Shown here: positions 17,726 through 28,188 of the stretch, one piece after another | Numbering within the stretch: the stretch's first letter is position 1 | How the letters are laid out: each line of letters starts with the position of its first letter | Assembly (NCBI GenBank): GCA_009780675.1 | Contig: WQZP01000012.1 | Coordinates: forward strand, 3,769 to 67,768 | Direction: 5' to 3' | Origin: Spirochaetaceae bacterium | GTDB lineage: Bacteria > Spirochaetota > Spirochaetia > CADAEX01 | DNA: 64,000 nucleotides | The notes under the pieces: model-generated | Database searches by the model: none | What the model saw: only the letters and a program-made list of their open reading frames with translations | Told to the model about the DNA's origin: nothing | Made by a program: the position numbers and the translations under genes

Positions 17726-18991
17726 ATGAAAAATAAAAGGATAATATTAGGTATTGCTGTACTGATTTTGATTTTATTCAGCGCTGGCCTCGCGGCTCAG
17801 CAAAGAAGGGGCTCCACGCCTCCTGCTTCCACATCACCAGAAGCCCCAAGCCTAAGCGGAAATAGCCCTGCCTGGACACTTCCAGATGGTATAGTTTCCA
17901 CAGTTTTTGTAGAGGACTCAAATGGCACAGACGATGGGGTGCGAAGACTGATACGCTCGATGCAAAACCATGGGGTCAGCTTTTACAAAACTGATATGAA
18001 CACTTCCGGCTTGATTGCATCTGGCTCCGTGGTACTGCTTAAGATCAATGCTCAGTGGGATCAGCGGGGCGGCACAAACACCGACCTTCTTCGAGGTGTT
18101 ATTCAGGCGATACTTGATCATCCCAATGGCTTTGCCGGAGAAATAATAGTTGCAGACAACGGACAAGGGCAGTTCGGCAGCGCTCCTGGAGGCGGAGGCA
18201 GTCTCGACTGGCCGCGCAATAATGCTGTTGATCAAAGTCAATCCACACTTAGAGTAATCCGCTCTTTTCAGGCCATGGGACACCGTGTTACTGGCGTATT
18301 ATGGGATGAATTCACCCGAACCCAGGTACAGGAGTTCAACGCAGGGGATATGAGAAATGGCTTTGTAGTGGAAAATGAAGTGCGCCACACAGGTATCGCG
18401 GTCTCTTACCCAAAGTTCACCACTGAATTCGGAACACATGTCAGCTTTAGGGAAGGGGTATGGAATCCTGCTGCCAGAACATACAATAGTGAAATACTCA
18501 AAGTAATAAATATGCCAGTGCTTAAATCGCACAGACTTTTTCAGGTAACTGCTGCTGTCAAGAATTACATGGGTGTACCATCAGATATACTAACAAGAAA
18601 TCGCGGGCGCGCCCACAACAGCGTTGGTACCGGTGGGATGGGAACCCTTATGGTGTATACCCGCATGCCTGTTCTCAATATCACGGACATGATCTGGATA
18701 GCTCCGGACCGCGGGCCCCGTGCAGATTATAATGCTGCTGTACAAATAAACAAAATTGCAGCGTCAACCGATCCTGTGGCATTGGACTACTGGACAACCA
18801 GGCACATACTCATGCCAGAAGCAGCAAAAGTTCCTGGTGGGCGGGCGCCTGCAATGGATCCAGCAGGCACAGAGCCTGGAACCTTTGGGCATTGGTTGCG
18901 ACTCTCCATGAACGAACTTCACAGAGCAGGGATAACAGCTACCATGAATCCAGCAGAGATGCTGATCGTTCAAAATGGAACTGTGCGATAG
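17726..18991 (+). CDS. secreted DUF362-like protein
   Basis: Signal peptide. VLLKINAQWDQRGGTNTDLLRGVIQAILDHPNGFAGEIIVADNGQG resembles the DUF362 core. Confidence 0.4.
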   Translation: MKNKRIILGIAVLILILFSAGLAAQQRRGSTPPASTSPEAPSLSGNSPAWTLPDGIVSTVFVEDSNGTDDGVRRLIRSMQNHGVSFYKTDMNTSGLIASGSVVLLKINAQWDQRGGTNTDLLRGVIQAILDHPNGFAGEIIVADNGQGQFGSAPGGGGSLDWPRNNAVDQSQSTLRVIRSFQAMGHRVTGVLWDEFTRTQVQEFNAGDMRNGFVVENEVRHTGIAVSYPKFTTEFGTHVSFREGVWNPAARTYNSEILKVINMPVLKSHRLFQVTAAVKNYMGVPSDILTRNRGRAHNSVGTGGMGTLMVYTRMPVLNITDMIWIAPDRGPRADYNAAVQINKIAASTDPVALDYWTTRHILMPEAAKVPGGRAPAMDPAGTEPGTFGHWLRLSMNELHRAGITATMNPAEMLIVQNGTVR

Positions 18992-19004
18992 ACGGCAGTA
19001 GTTT

Positions 19005-21356
19005 ATGTTTCACACAAAAACTAAAACCATTATTTTTTTTCTTCTTTTTCTACTCTGTTTTTCTTCATGCGCAGAGGCTCAGGTTTTAGGACTACGCCAA
19101 CAAAGGGCAACAGAGCTGTTCAAACAGGGAGATCTGGACTTTATTATCCGGGCGCAACTGCCTGCTGATTTTTCAGGCGCTGTATCTCGGCTTCAGGAAC
19201 TTATGCGTATACACCCGGCAGCCCCATTTTACGCAGGGCTCATTGTAGGCAACATGGAGTCAGCAGAACAAAACCGGAGATTACAAATACTTCTTTTCTC
19301 CGCAGCAATAGAAAGCCCCTCTCCTCCTGTCAGAAGAGAAGCAGCGCTCAAACTTACCCGCCTTATACTGGAGTCCGAGAGACCTCGGGAAGTTCAGAGT
19401 ATCCTTAACTTTCTGGCGCCTGGAACCAGCCGCCGGGACAGGGCTATAAATGAAAGATCAGAGCGGATACTGCTTCGTGCAGCTTGTCTCTATCGTCTGG
19501 GGCGCTACAGCGAAGCGCTACAACTTCTTCCAGCAAATCCAGATGGGCAATGGGAAAAGGCTTTAGCTCTTTTCGCAACATGGAAAGCTTCCGGCGGGAA
19601 TGTTGATAAAACAAAATATCAGGAAATCATGTGCTTTCTTTTTGATCTTCCCACAGGGGATCTAAGACGCTGGGCATACGCAGAAGCGCTTTCTATTGAT
19701 GAGTTCCTTAGCCCAGAAGAACATGGAATTATTTTCAGCAGGCATTCCCCTGCAAGACACATAGTAACACTGGCTAATCTGCAGCCTGCTCTTTCAGATG
19801 GAGGGCTTCTCTTTTTTCGTTATCCAAGACTTATAGGAGATTTAACCAGAGCTTATCAGTTTACACCTCTTATGCGGGAAGAAGGGTTAACCCTTTTAGG
19901 AAATTGGGACAGGATGCTGGAATATTTTTCGCAACCCCTTGACCCCCTTGAGGCAAATAACAACTTTGAACATCCCATAGATCCAGAGCTTGAAACCTTC
20001 TTGAGAACCCTGGACAAAGAAGCCATAAACGCCCGCAGATACTTTATCCTCCACCACGCAGGGAGAATAGAACGGGCCAGAGGGCGCTTTCCAATTTCTT
20101 CGGAATATTTCATGCAGGCATTGCAGTTTGCCCCTGACACTACACAAGCAGACGCCTGCATCTGGTACATACTTACGAATACCCTAACCCATAATCCATC
20201 AAGCGCAGCAGCGATATTTATAAGCACCATCCCCAAGTGGACAGATATGTCTGTCTTTAATGGTCTCCTTGATCAATTGTCAAGATATCTGACAACCGGA
20301 CGGCACTGGAATACGTTACTGCAAGTATTTTTTGCCCTTGAAAGCAAAGTAACAAGCGGTACCCGACCTGGCGCAGCCTATGCCCAGTACGCATGGATCG
20401 TGGGCAGGGCAATACAGGAAGGCTTTCTAGTAACAGAACGAAGCGCTGAAAGTTTTTTCCGTATTGCCTTTGAGGAAGAAAGCGCTTCTTTTTATTACCG
20501 CACCATGGCTGCTCTAAAACTGGGAGAGAACCTTTCCCCCATAAACAGTAACCAGAGAACAGGGAGGCGGCCACCTCCGGCTCCTGTTCGCTCAGGAGGG
20601 GAGCTGGAATTTCTGCTGGGATTTTTTGAATACAGCGCAGCTTCATTTGCCCTGCCTTTCATACGATCTCTGGAAGGGGAACTTTCAATACCAGAACTAA
20701 GAAGATTAGCAGCAAGAATGGCAGAAGCTGAGCAATGGCAAGAATCCCTGCGTCTTGTCTCCCGTTATATGAGACGGGATGGTTTCCAAACCAGCCGGGA
20801 AGACCTTTACCTTTCCCACCCCCGCCCTTTTGTCGAGCAAATAGAAAGGCACGCCAGAAAAGTTGGTATTGGGCCTGAAATAATGTTTGCCCTTATCCGT
20901 ACTGAAAGTTTTTTTGGAGCTGATGCAGTTTCTCATGCCGGCGCAGTGGGTCTTGCACAACTCATGCCTACAACAGCCCAGGATATCGCAACCAGGATCG
21001 TCAGGGCAGGAGGTCCTGACCACCGCAGCCCCAATGGCATAAACCTTACAGACCCGGAAGTAAATATCCATCTGGGTTCATTTTACCTGCGTCACCTTAT
21101 TTACAATCAGATGGATGGAAGCCCCATGCTGGCCCTTATGGCCTATAACGGCGGCCAGGGCAGAGTGCGGCGCTGGGTTGCTGCGGACAGAGCGCGCGCA
21201 GGCGGCAGCCTTCCCAAAGACCTGTTTCTTGAAACCATCATATACCCAGAAACCAGACAATACGGCCGCCTCGTGCTTTCCGCAGCAGCAATCTACGGAT
21301 ATCTTTACTATGAAATGAGTATGGAAGAGGTAGCTGTAAATATTTTCCGGCAATGA
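19005..21356 (+). CDS. slt: soluble lytic murein transglycosylase (Slt family)
   Basis: Signal peptide. Long alpha-helical superhelical region. C-terminal SLT domain EIMFALIRTESFFGADAVSHAGAVGLAQLMPTTA. Confidence 0.75.
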   Translation: MFHTKTKTIIFFLLFLLCFSSCAEAQVLGLRQQRATELFKQGDLDFIIRAQLPADFSGAVSRLQELMRIHPAAPFYAGLIVGNMESAEQNRRLQILLFSAAIESPSPPVRREAALKLTRLILESERPREVQSILNFLAPGTSRRDRAINERSERILLRAACLYRLGRYSEALQLLPANPDGQWEKALALFATWKASGGNVDKTKYQEIMCFLFDLPTGDLRRWAYAEALSIDEFLSPEEHGIIFSRHSPARHIVTLANLQPALSDGGLLFFRYPRLIGDLTRAYQFTPLMREEGLTLLGNWDRMLEYFSQPLDPLEANNNFEHPIDPELETFLRTLDKEAINARRYFILHHAGRIERARGRFPISSEYFMQALQFAPDTTQADACIWYILTNTLTHNPSSAAAIFISTIPKWTDMSVFNGLLDQLSRYLTTGRHWNTLLQVFFALESKVTSGTRPGAAYAQYAWIVGRAIQEGFLVTERSAESFFRIAFEEESASFYYRTMAALKLGENLSPINSNQRTGRRPPPAPVRSGGELEFLLGFFEYSAASFALPFIRSLEGELSIPELRRLAARMAEAEQWQESLRLVSRYMRRDGFQTSREDLYLSHPRPFVEQIERHARKVGIGPEIMFALIRTESFFGADAVSHAGAVGLAQLMPTTAQDIATRIVRAGGPDHRSPNGINLTDPEVNIHLGSFYLRHLIYNQMDGSPMLALMAYNGGQGRVRRWVAADRARAGGSLPKDLFLETIIYPETRQYGRLVLSAAAIYGYLYYEMSMEEVAVNIFRQ

Positions 21357-21383
21357 GCATTTCCAAATTACAAGGAGCTTAGT

Positions 21384-22826
21384 ATGATAAAAACCGATAT
21401 ACTGGTGATCGGCGCTGGCGCTGTTGGCTGTGCTATTGCGCGGGAGCTAACCAAATACCGGGTAAAAGTTCTGGTAGTGGATAAAAATGAAGATATTGGA
21501 GGGCTAGCGTCCAGATCAAACAGCGCCATCATCCATACTGGATTTGACGCGCCTCCTGGCTCTCTGGAATCTGAACTGGTAGTGGCTGCAAATCCCATGT
21601 ATGAAAAACTTTGCATGGATATGGACATACCCTTTGCAAAAACCGGAGCCATTCTTCCTGCTTTTACTGATGAACAATTTGCAATGCTCCCCTCCATCAA
21701 AGAAAAAGCTTTTAATAACCGCGTATATGATGTTGAATATCTTACTGCTGAACAGCTTCTGGCTATGGAGCCTAATCTGAGTCCAGATGTAAAGGCTGGA
21801 CTTTTCATACCAAGGGAAAGTATTATTGATCCATTTCTCCTGGTTGTGGCTTATGCAGAAAACGCCCAGACAAATGGCGCTTCTTTTTTATTGAGCACCA
21901 AAGTAACTGGAATGAAAATAGAGAACAATAAAATCCAGTCAGTTACAACTACTGGAGAAGAAATTGTTCCCTCGTATGTTATCAATGCAGCAGGACTTTT
22001 CAATGATGAAATCGCTGCTATGGTGAATAAAAACGATTACAGCGTTAATCCCAGAAAAGGGCAATTCTATATTTTGGACAAGAATACAAATTGCAAAGTT
22101 AATCATATTGTTCTCCCCATTCCAACCAAGCTGACCAAGGGGAAACTTATGTGTCCAACTATTCATGGCAATATGCTGGTGGGGCCAACTGCGGAAGATC
22201 TTGTTGACAAAGAAGATACTTCTTGCGATAGCGCTGGGCTTTTTAGCGTGGAAGAGGATGTCCGTCGCCTTATACCTAACGTCAACTTAAGAGATACCAT
22301 TACCCAGTACGCAGGGCTCAGGGCAAACCGTAATCCTGAGGGCTTGCATGTAGATACTTATGATGATGTTAAAAACTATGTCAATCTTTCGGGAGTCAGA
22401 TCAACAGGACTTACAGCATCTGCAGCTCTGGGGAAATATGTGGCTCAAACTCTTATCAAAATTGGAATGGAGGCGGAATTCAATACCAGGTTCACTCCCA
22501 TTCGCAAAGGCATTCCCCGCTTCAATGAGTTGAGCCGCGAAGAACAGAATGAACTTATCAAAAAAAATCCTCTCTATGGTAAGGTGATTTGTCGCTGTGA
22601 AACTGTTACTGAAGGTGAAATCACTGACGCGATCCATAGACCCATTCCAGCCCGAAGTATGGACGCGATCAAACGGCGGCTCCGCCCAGGAGCAGGACGC
22701 TGCCAGGGCGGCTTTTGTGGTCCGCGAGTCATTGACATTCTGGCAAAGGAATTACGCCTCTCTGCTGCAGATATAAATAAAAATCTGTCAGGTTCATACA
22801 TGATTGTTGGCAAAATCAGAGATTGA
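21384..22826 (+). CDS. FAD-dependent oxidoreductase, GlpA-like, with a C-terminal BFD-like [2Fe-2S] domain
   Basis: VIGAGAVGCAIAREL Rossmann motif. C-terminal CRCETVTEGEI...RPGAGRCQGGFCG. Confidence 0.75.
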   Translation: MIKTDILVIGAGAVGCAIARELTKYRVKVLVVDKNEDIGGLASRSNSAIIHTGFDAPPGSLESELVVAANPMYEKLCMDMDIPFAKTGAILPAFTDEQFAMLPSIKEKAFNNRVYDVEYLTAEQLLAMEPNLSPDVKAGLFIPRESIIDPFLLVVAYAENAQTNGASFLLSTKVTGMKIENNKIQSVTTTGEEIVPSYVINAAGLFNDEIAAMVNKNDYSVNPRKGQFYILDKNTNCKVNHIVLPIPTKLTKGKLMCPTIHGNMLVGPTAEDLVDKEDTSCDSAGLFSVEEDVRRLIPNVNLRDTITQYAGLRANRNPEGLHVDTYDDVKNYVNLSGVRSTGLTASAALGKYVAQTLIKIGMEAEFNTRFTPIRKGIPRFNELSREEQNELIKKNPLYGKVICRCETVTEGEITDAIHRPIPARSMDAIKRRLRPGAGRCQGGFCGPRVIDILAKELRLSAADINKNLSGSYMIVGKIRD

Positions 22827-22837
22827 GGAAAGAAGAT

Positions 22838-24115
22838 ATGCATGAAATAAAATGTGATGTAGCAATTATTGGTGGCGGACCTGCAGGACTTGCTGCTGCT
22901 GCGGCTGCGAAAAAACATGGAGCAGAAAAGGTATTGATTATTGAGCGGGACAGCGCTCTTGGCGGAATACTCCAGCAGTGCATCCATCCGGGTTTTGGTC
23001 TGATCTACTACAACGAAGAACTTACAGGCCCGGAATACGCAGGGCGCTTTATTTCAGAAGCAGAATCTTTGGGAGTGGAGAGCATTCTTAATACCATGGT
23101 GCTGGAGTTGCTGCCAGGCGCTGATGAAACCAGGATCATCTGCACCAACAGTGATTTTGGAATTACAGAAATCAAAGCGCGCAGCGTGATTCTTGCCATG
23201 GGCTGCCGTGAGCGGACACGGGGTAATATCCAGCTTCCTGGAACCAGACCAGCCGGGGTGTATACTGCTGGCGCAGCCCAGAGGCTCATTAACAGACAAA
23301 ACGCCATGGTAGGCAGGGAAGTGGTAATTCTTGGCTCCGGAGATATTGGTATGATCATGGCAAGACGACTTACACTGGAAGGGTCCAAAGTTGTAGCTGT
23401 GGTAGAAATCATGAACTTCCTTAGCGGGCTTACCCGTAACCGCGTTCAGTGCCTGGATGATTTTGGTATTCCACTGATGCTCTCGCATACTGTTACATGG
23501 ATAACAGGAAACAGACGGGTTGAAGGGGTCAAGATAGCCAAGGTCGATGAAAACAAAAAACCTATTCCTGAAACAGAACAGTTTTTCAAATGCGATACTC
23601 TTTTGCTTTCAGTTGGCCTGATTCCGGAAAATGAATTAAGCTGCACTGCTTCTGTTGAGATCGGCCCTGTTACATCAGGCCCTGTTGTCAATCAATATAT
23701 GCAGACATCAATCCCATCAATCTTTGCCTGCGGAAATGTTGTCCATGTCAATGACTTGGTGGATAACGTTTCTGTGGAGAGTGAAATTGCGGGAAAAGAA
23801 GCAGCTGCTTATGCTGCGGGCGCTCTTCCACCTGCAACAGGCAGTGTATCCTGTTTAGCTGGAAGTAATGTGCGGTATGTTTGCCCCCAGCGCATAGATT
23901 TGGGCAATGAAGAAAAAGACATTACCCTCTACTTCCGTGTTTCTGCTCCAGAGACCAAAGTGCGCATCTTTGCCTCGCAAGATAACAAAGAACTATGCAG
24001 CAAAAAAGCAATAAAAGTTAATCCCGGAGAAATGGAGCATCTTACCATTAAGAGCAAGGACTTGCAGCCAGGCAAGCTAATTGTGAATATAAGCAAGGAG
24101 GAAAAAAATGGCTGA
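22838..24115 (+). CDS. FAD/NAD(P)-binding pyridine-nucleotide-disulfide-type oxidoreductase
   Basis: VAIIGGGPAGLAAA followed by a second Rossmann motif VVILGSGDIGM. Start at 22838 after GAGGAAAG. Confidence 0.7.
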   Translation: MHEIKCDVAIIGGGPAGLAAAAAAKKHGAEKVLIIERDSALGGILQQCIHPGFGLIYYNEELTGPEYAGRFISEAESLGVESILNTMVLELLPGADETRIICTNSDFGITEIKARSVILAMGCRERTRGNIQLPGTRPAGVYTAGAAQRLINRQNAMVGREVVILGSGDIGMIMARRLTLEGSKVVAVVEIMNFLSGLTRNRVQCLDDFGIPLMLSHTVTWITGNRRVEGVKIAKVDENKKPIPETEQFFKCDTLLLSVGLIPENELSCTASVEIGPVTSGPVVNQYMQTSIPSIFACGNVVHVNDLVDNVSVESEIAGKEAAAYAAGALPPATGSVSCLAGSNVRYVCPQRIDLGNEEKDITLYFRVSAPETKVRIFASQDNKELCSKKAIKVNPGEMEHLTIKSKDLQPGKLIVNISKEEKNG

Positions 24116-24467
24116 AAAACAAATCACCTGTATTATCTGCCCGCAGGGGTGTGATATTTTGGTTGATGGTGATGGAAATAATATTCGCTCCATGGCTGGA
24201 CAAGATTGCAAACGGGGGGAGACCTATGCCCGTGATGAATTTATACATCCCCTGCGGGTTCTGACTTCAACAGTCAAAGTTATTGGAGCAGATGTGCCAC
24301 TTGTAGCAGTCAGAACAAGTAAGCCCATCCCAAAAGATTTACTTTTTCGTGGCATGGATGAGATACAAAAGGTTCAAGCTAAGGTTCCGGTCAAACGAGG
24401 CGATGTTATTATCCCTGATTTTCTGAATACCGGCGCTGATCTGGTAGCAACCGGAGAAGCTTGTTAG
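24108..24467 (+). CDS. DUF1667-domain protein
   Basis: ITCIICPQGCDILV cysteine motif. About 119 aa. Overlaps the preceding gene. This gene trio is a conserved arrangement often annotated as an anaerobic glycerol-3-phosphate dehydrogenase-like complex. Confidence 0.65.
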   Translation: MAEKQITCIICPQGCDILVDGDGNNIRSMAGQDCKRGETYARDEFIHPLRVLTSTVKVIGADVPLVAVRTSKPIPKDLLFRGMDEIQKVQAKVPVKRGDVIIPDFLNTGADLVATGEAC

Positions 24468-24501
24468 AAAACAAAAAAAAATATTTAAGGAGAATCAATA
24501 C

Positions 24502-25059
24502 ATGAAAAAACTTTTTTTATTTACGATTATACTTTTTTGCATGGGAATAAACATGGAATTGCAAGCGCAAAATCAGAATCAAAGAATTCTAATTGCCTAT
24601 TTTTCATGGAGCGGAAATACCCGTATTGTTGCGCAGCACATTCATCTTGCTGTTGGCGGCGATATTTTTGAAATCAAACCAGCAAAGCCTTATCCAACTA
24701 ACTATCAAGCTACATTGAATATTGCCAGACAGGAACTACAAACAGATGATCGTCCTGAACTTGAATCAAATGTAAGTAATATGGCTGAATATGATATAAT
24801 TTTTTTGGGCTTTCCAAATTGGTTAAATACAATACCAATGATCATATACACTTTTCTTGAATCTCATGATTTTAGGGGAAAAACAATAATTCCGTTTTGC
24901 ACACACGGTAGCGGCGGACTGGGCAGAAGTATTGTCGATATACGAAGATTGACTCCAGGCGCAACTCTCTTGGAACCTTTGGGGATTAGAGGCGCAGATG
25001 TAAGGAATTCCCAAAACGATGTAATCGCATGGCTTCGCCGTCTTAATATGGTGAGATAA
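24502..25059 (+). CDS. flavodoxin-family protein with an N-terminal signal peptide
   Basis: RILIAYFSWSGNTRIVAQ FMN-binding loop. TIIPFCTHGSGG. Signal peptide MKKLFLFTIILFCMGINMELQAQ. Confidence 0.65.
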   Translation: MKKLFLFTIILFCMGINMELQAQNQNQRILIAYFSWSGNTRIVAQHIHLAVGGDIFEIKPAKPYPTNYQATLNIARQELQTDDRPELESNVSNMAEYDIIFLGFPNWLNTIPMIIYTFLESHDFRGKTIIPFCTHGSGGLGRSIVDIRRLTPGATLLEPLGIRGADVRNSQNDVIAWLRRLNMVR

Positions 25060-25087
25060 TAAATTAACTCAGCAGCAGGTGCTACAG

Positions 25088-25723
25088 TTAATTAAGAGAA
25101 AAATTGACTGCGATCCTGAGGACATCTGCTGTTGGGCGTCCCATGTAGCTTGCAGGCGCAAATCTTGCTCTTCTTACACATCTTATTGCTGCTCTATCCA
25201 AAATATCATAATTGCTTGAAGTAATAATTTCTGTTTTGAAAACTCTTCCGGATGAGTCTATGCTTACATCGATCAGCACTGTTCCTTCCAGCCCTCTCCT
25301 TACAGCATTAGCAGGGTAAACAGGTATAAGTTCCGACAACAAATAGGCTTTCCTGAAAAATCCTGTTCCATAACTCCCCTGCTGTATTGATTCTATATTG
25401 CTTTCAAAATCTCCCTGATATTTTTTTTCATTGGCATTGTTGTCGCTGTTGCTATCGTTATTTGCGCTGCTTTCAATACTTTCGCGAATATTTTTTTCAA
25501 CGCTGCTCTCTGCCCGAAACACACTTTGCGACAAACTACCTGGCGCAGCAGCGCTGAAATTTTGGTTAAGTGAAACTCTTATAACCCCTTCCTGACTGCC
25601 TTGTGCCTGCAAAGAAGTTTTTCCAGCAGGCGATAACACAAAAACAGACAGAAGGGTAATAAGAAATACATGAAACAATACAGAAAATAAATAATATTTT
25701 CCGCTAGTAAGTAAATGCCACAC
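25088..25723 (-). CDS. tonB: energy transducer TonB (C-terminal domain)
   Basis: YPANAVRRGLEGTVLIDVSIDSSGRV..RFAPA is a TonB C-terminal domain. N-terminal TM. Confidence 0.7.
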   Translation of the reverse strand: MWHLLTSGKYYLFSVLFHVFLITLLSVFVLSPAGKTSLQAQGSQEGVIRVSLNQNFSAAAPGSLSQSVFRAESSVEKNIRESIESSANNDSNSDNNANEKKYQGDFESNIESIQQGSYGTGFFRKAYLLSELIPVYPANAVRRGLEGTVLIDVSIDSSGRVFKTEIITSSNYDILDRAAIRCVRRARFAPASYMGRPTADVLRIAVNFSLN

Positions 25724-27725
25724 CTAACATGACCTCTCTTCCATTGCCTGGATAATAACTGGCCCAATGCACAAGCTGGGCATACTCTTTATCAGTAATA
25801 TTTTTTACTTTTCCAAAAACAGTAAGAAAACTGCGGCCCACAGGCAAGGTTAAATTTGCCCCTATATTGCATAAAAGATATCCATCAATTTTATCAAAAT
25901 TGTTTGATGTATCTCCTCCACCATAAAAAGAAGCTGAGTAGCTTATTTCGCTATACAACCTCAACATATTAAAAAATGAAAATTCAGGGATAACTGCAAA
26001 TCTGTGAACTGGGACAATAGGAATTTGGTTCCCTTTATCCTCCCCTTCTCTGAATTCTGCGATTGTAAAATTATAGGTCCCTGTTAAAGAAAAATATTCT
26101 ACAGGAGAAAAAGAAACAAAAGACTCTATTCCATAGCGGATTGTCTTATCAAGATTTTCATTTGAAAAAGTTGCATTATTAAATGAAATTTCATCATTCA
26201 TCAAAAGCAGAAACAAGTTTACCCCTAAAGCAACAAGACTTCCAAATCTATATTCAACTCCCAGATCAAAAGAGTGACCACGCTCCGGATTAAGGTCTTT
26301 AATAAAACCATCATTGCCTATTCCGTGATACATTATTAATTCATCTGTAAAAGGAAATCTAAAAACCCTGTCGTAGCGCAAATATACTTTGCCGTTATCA
26401 GAAAACATAAAATTAAAGCCAGTTCCAAAGTTAAATACTAAATAGTTTTTATTGTCATTTACATCAGGAAGATCGCCACTATAGAAAACATGGTCATATC
26501 TTCCTGACAGAGAAAACAAAAGCCTCTCTGTAACAGGCAATTCTCCTCTTGAAAAAAACGCATAATTTGTTTTAGTGATTTTACCGCTGTAATATCTATC
26601 TTCACGATTTGCATCGTTATATCTTTTTACACTTAGATCATCCATTATAAAATCAAACCCTGCTGTTATTTTAAGTTCTCTTAAAAGCACAGGAAATTCT
26701 CCTGTAAAAGATACTCCTGCTGCTATTGAGTCAATATTGGTATTTGTGAAAGCTTGCATACCCCAAAATGATATATCTGCTTTTGTATCTCTTGAGTTAT
26801 ACCCTGCTGTTAAAAAAAGAAAATGATTTTCTGTAAACTCCCATCTACCTTGCGCCTGAATAAATAAAGATTCTATTTCTGCCTTATCATATTTATTGCT
26901 TGCCTGCCTGGGATTATTTTTAAATTCTTCTTCTGTAAGACCACCGGGCATTTCATACATTTGATTCCCGGATGAAAGAAAAAGAGAAGCAGAGCCTCTT
27001 TCTGCAAATGATGTTGAAATATTTGCGCTAAAATTAGTATTTTCTGTCCCTGTTCTGTCTCGCCACCCATCAGTCCTGCTATCTACAGCAGATACAGAAA
27101 CCAATAAAACATCGCTCCCTGCAGATGCGGTAATCCTCTTTTCAAGAAAAGAGTTGCTTCCCCCCATAACTTCTGTACTTAATGAAACCCCTTCACGCGG
27201 TTTTGCAGGAATAATATTTATTACAGCAGCAACAGCATAATCTCCATATAACGAGCTTGCTCCGCCCCTTACAACTTCTATTTTTTCAATTCCACCTGCG
27301 CCAGGTATTGCAAGCCAATTAATCCCAGCCATATCAGGATTATTCAACTTTATTCCATCAAAAAGGATAAGGATCCTCCCCTGCCCCCCTTCTGTAAAGC
27401 CCCTTGCAGAAGGTTGAGCAAGAGCTGGTAAGCCGTTAAACGACCTCATGTCTATTCCAGCAAACAAAGCAAGCGCTTCCGGAACAGTTCTGTTCCTGAG
27501 TTGTTCCGCTGTTATGGTTATAACAGAAGCAGGGATCTGGTTATCTGGCTGAGGGCTTCGCGTAGCAGTTACTGAAACCATAATATCAGCTTCTCTTGCT
27601 GAATCCGCTGCAGGCTGCGAATCACTGGTAGCGACGCTAAATTCCTCGCTTGGGATTGCAGCCTCTTCGGCCCAACCTGCTGCTACCACAAGCAGACACA
27701 TTAAAACTGTAAGAAAAATTTTCAT
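25704..27725 (-). CDS. btuB: TonB-dependent outer-membrane receptor (BtuB-like; riboswitch-controlled)
   Basis: Start is the ATG at 27725 (AAGGAG ribosome-binding site, signal peptide MKIFLTVLMCLLVVAAGWA). Plug domain with TonB box DIMVSVTATR. Long beta-barrel with a terminal aromatic residue. Confidence 0.8.
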   Translation of the reverse strand: MKIFLTVLMCLLVVAAGWAEEAAIPSEEFSVATSDSQPAADSAREADIMVSVTATRSPQPDNQIPASVITITAEQLRNRTVPEALALFAGIDMRSFNGLPALAQPSARGFTEGGQGRILILFDGIKLNNPDMAGINWLAIPGAGGIEKIEVVRGGASSLYGDYAVAAVINIIPAKPREGVSLSTEVMGGSNSFLEKRITASAGSDVLLVSVSAVDSRTDGWRDRTGTENTNFSANISTSFAERGSASLFLSSGNQMYEMPGGLTEEEFKNNPRQASNKYDKAEIESLFIQAQGRWEFTENHFLFLTAGYNSRDTKADISFWGMQAFTNTNIDSIAAGVSFTGEFPVLLRELKITAGFDFIMDDLSVKRYNDANREDRYYSGKITKTNYAFFSRGELPVTERLLFSLSGRYDHVFYSGDLPDVNDNKNYLVFNFGTGFNFMFSDNGKVYLRYDRVFRFPFTDELIMYHGIGNDGFIKDLNPERGHSFDLGVEYRFGSLVALGVNLFLLLMNDEISFNNATFSNENLDKTIRYGIESFVSFSPVEYFSLTGTYNFTIAEFREGEDKGNQIPIVPVHRFAVIPEFSFFNMLRLYSEISYSASFYGGGDTSNNFDKIDGYLLCNIGANLTLPVGRSFLTVFGKVKNITDKEYAQLVHWASYYPGNGREVMLGVAFTY

Positions 27726-27854
27726 AAGAAACTCCTTTTTCTTCTGAAAAAGAAGCCAGAGATAGGCAAGTAATCTAACAAGACAAAAAAATAATAGCCT
27801 ATTCCAACTCAATCCTCGAAGTTGTTATCACCCCAACTAAAGGGGTCTTACTGG

Positions 27855-28040
27855 TTTAAGTATTCTGACTTATGGCTCTGGTATAATTGAATTATACCGC
27901 CGTACCTTTTCCTTCCCAGTTACTCCATTAAAAAACAGAATCACCAGTGGTTGCCAATACATAGTCTCTTTGTATAGGCATAAAAGGTTTGTGGCCAATT
28001 ACAGCAGCGGGACTGCGGAGGAATTTCACCTCTCTTCCAT
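27855..28040 (-). ncRNA. cobalamin (B12) riboswitch
   Basis: Minus strand reads GGTGAAATTCCTCCGCAGTCCCGCTGCTGTAA...CCACTGGTG...ACTGGGAAGG, containing the cobalamin-riboswitch core and B12 box. It is followed by alternative CAACT/AGTTG hairpins and a T-run before the btuB ribosome-binding site. Confidence 0.7.
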
Positions 28041-28151
28041 AAAATCCAGCATCTACACTGTATTATTTTTTTTCTAAATGTTCAAGATTAATAAAAATTG
28101 AGCAGAAGAAACAATATATCGATTTAAGTTACCTTTTTCGTTATCGGAGTG

Positions 28152-28188
28152 TTGACATATAAAAGCATAGTATTATACTTAAAGCATG
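28152..28188 (+). promoter_or_regulatory. sigma70-like promoter (TTGACA-16-TATACT) placing the transcription start at or near the ATG; possible leaderless mRNA
   Basis: TTGACA at 28152-28157 and TATACT at 28174-28179. ATG at 28186 with no Shine-Dalgarno sequence. Confidence 0.35.
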
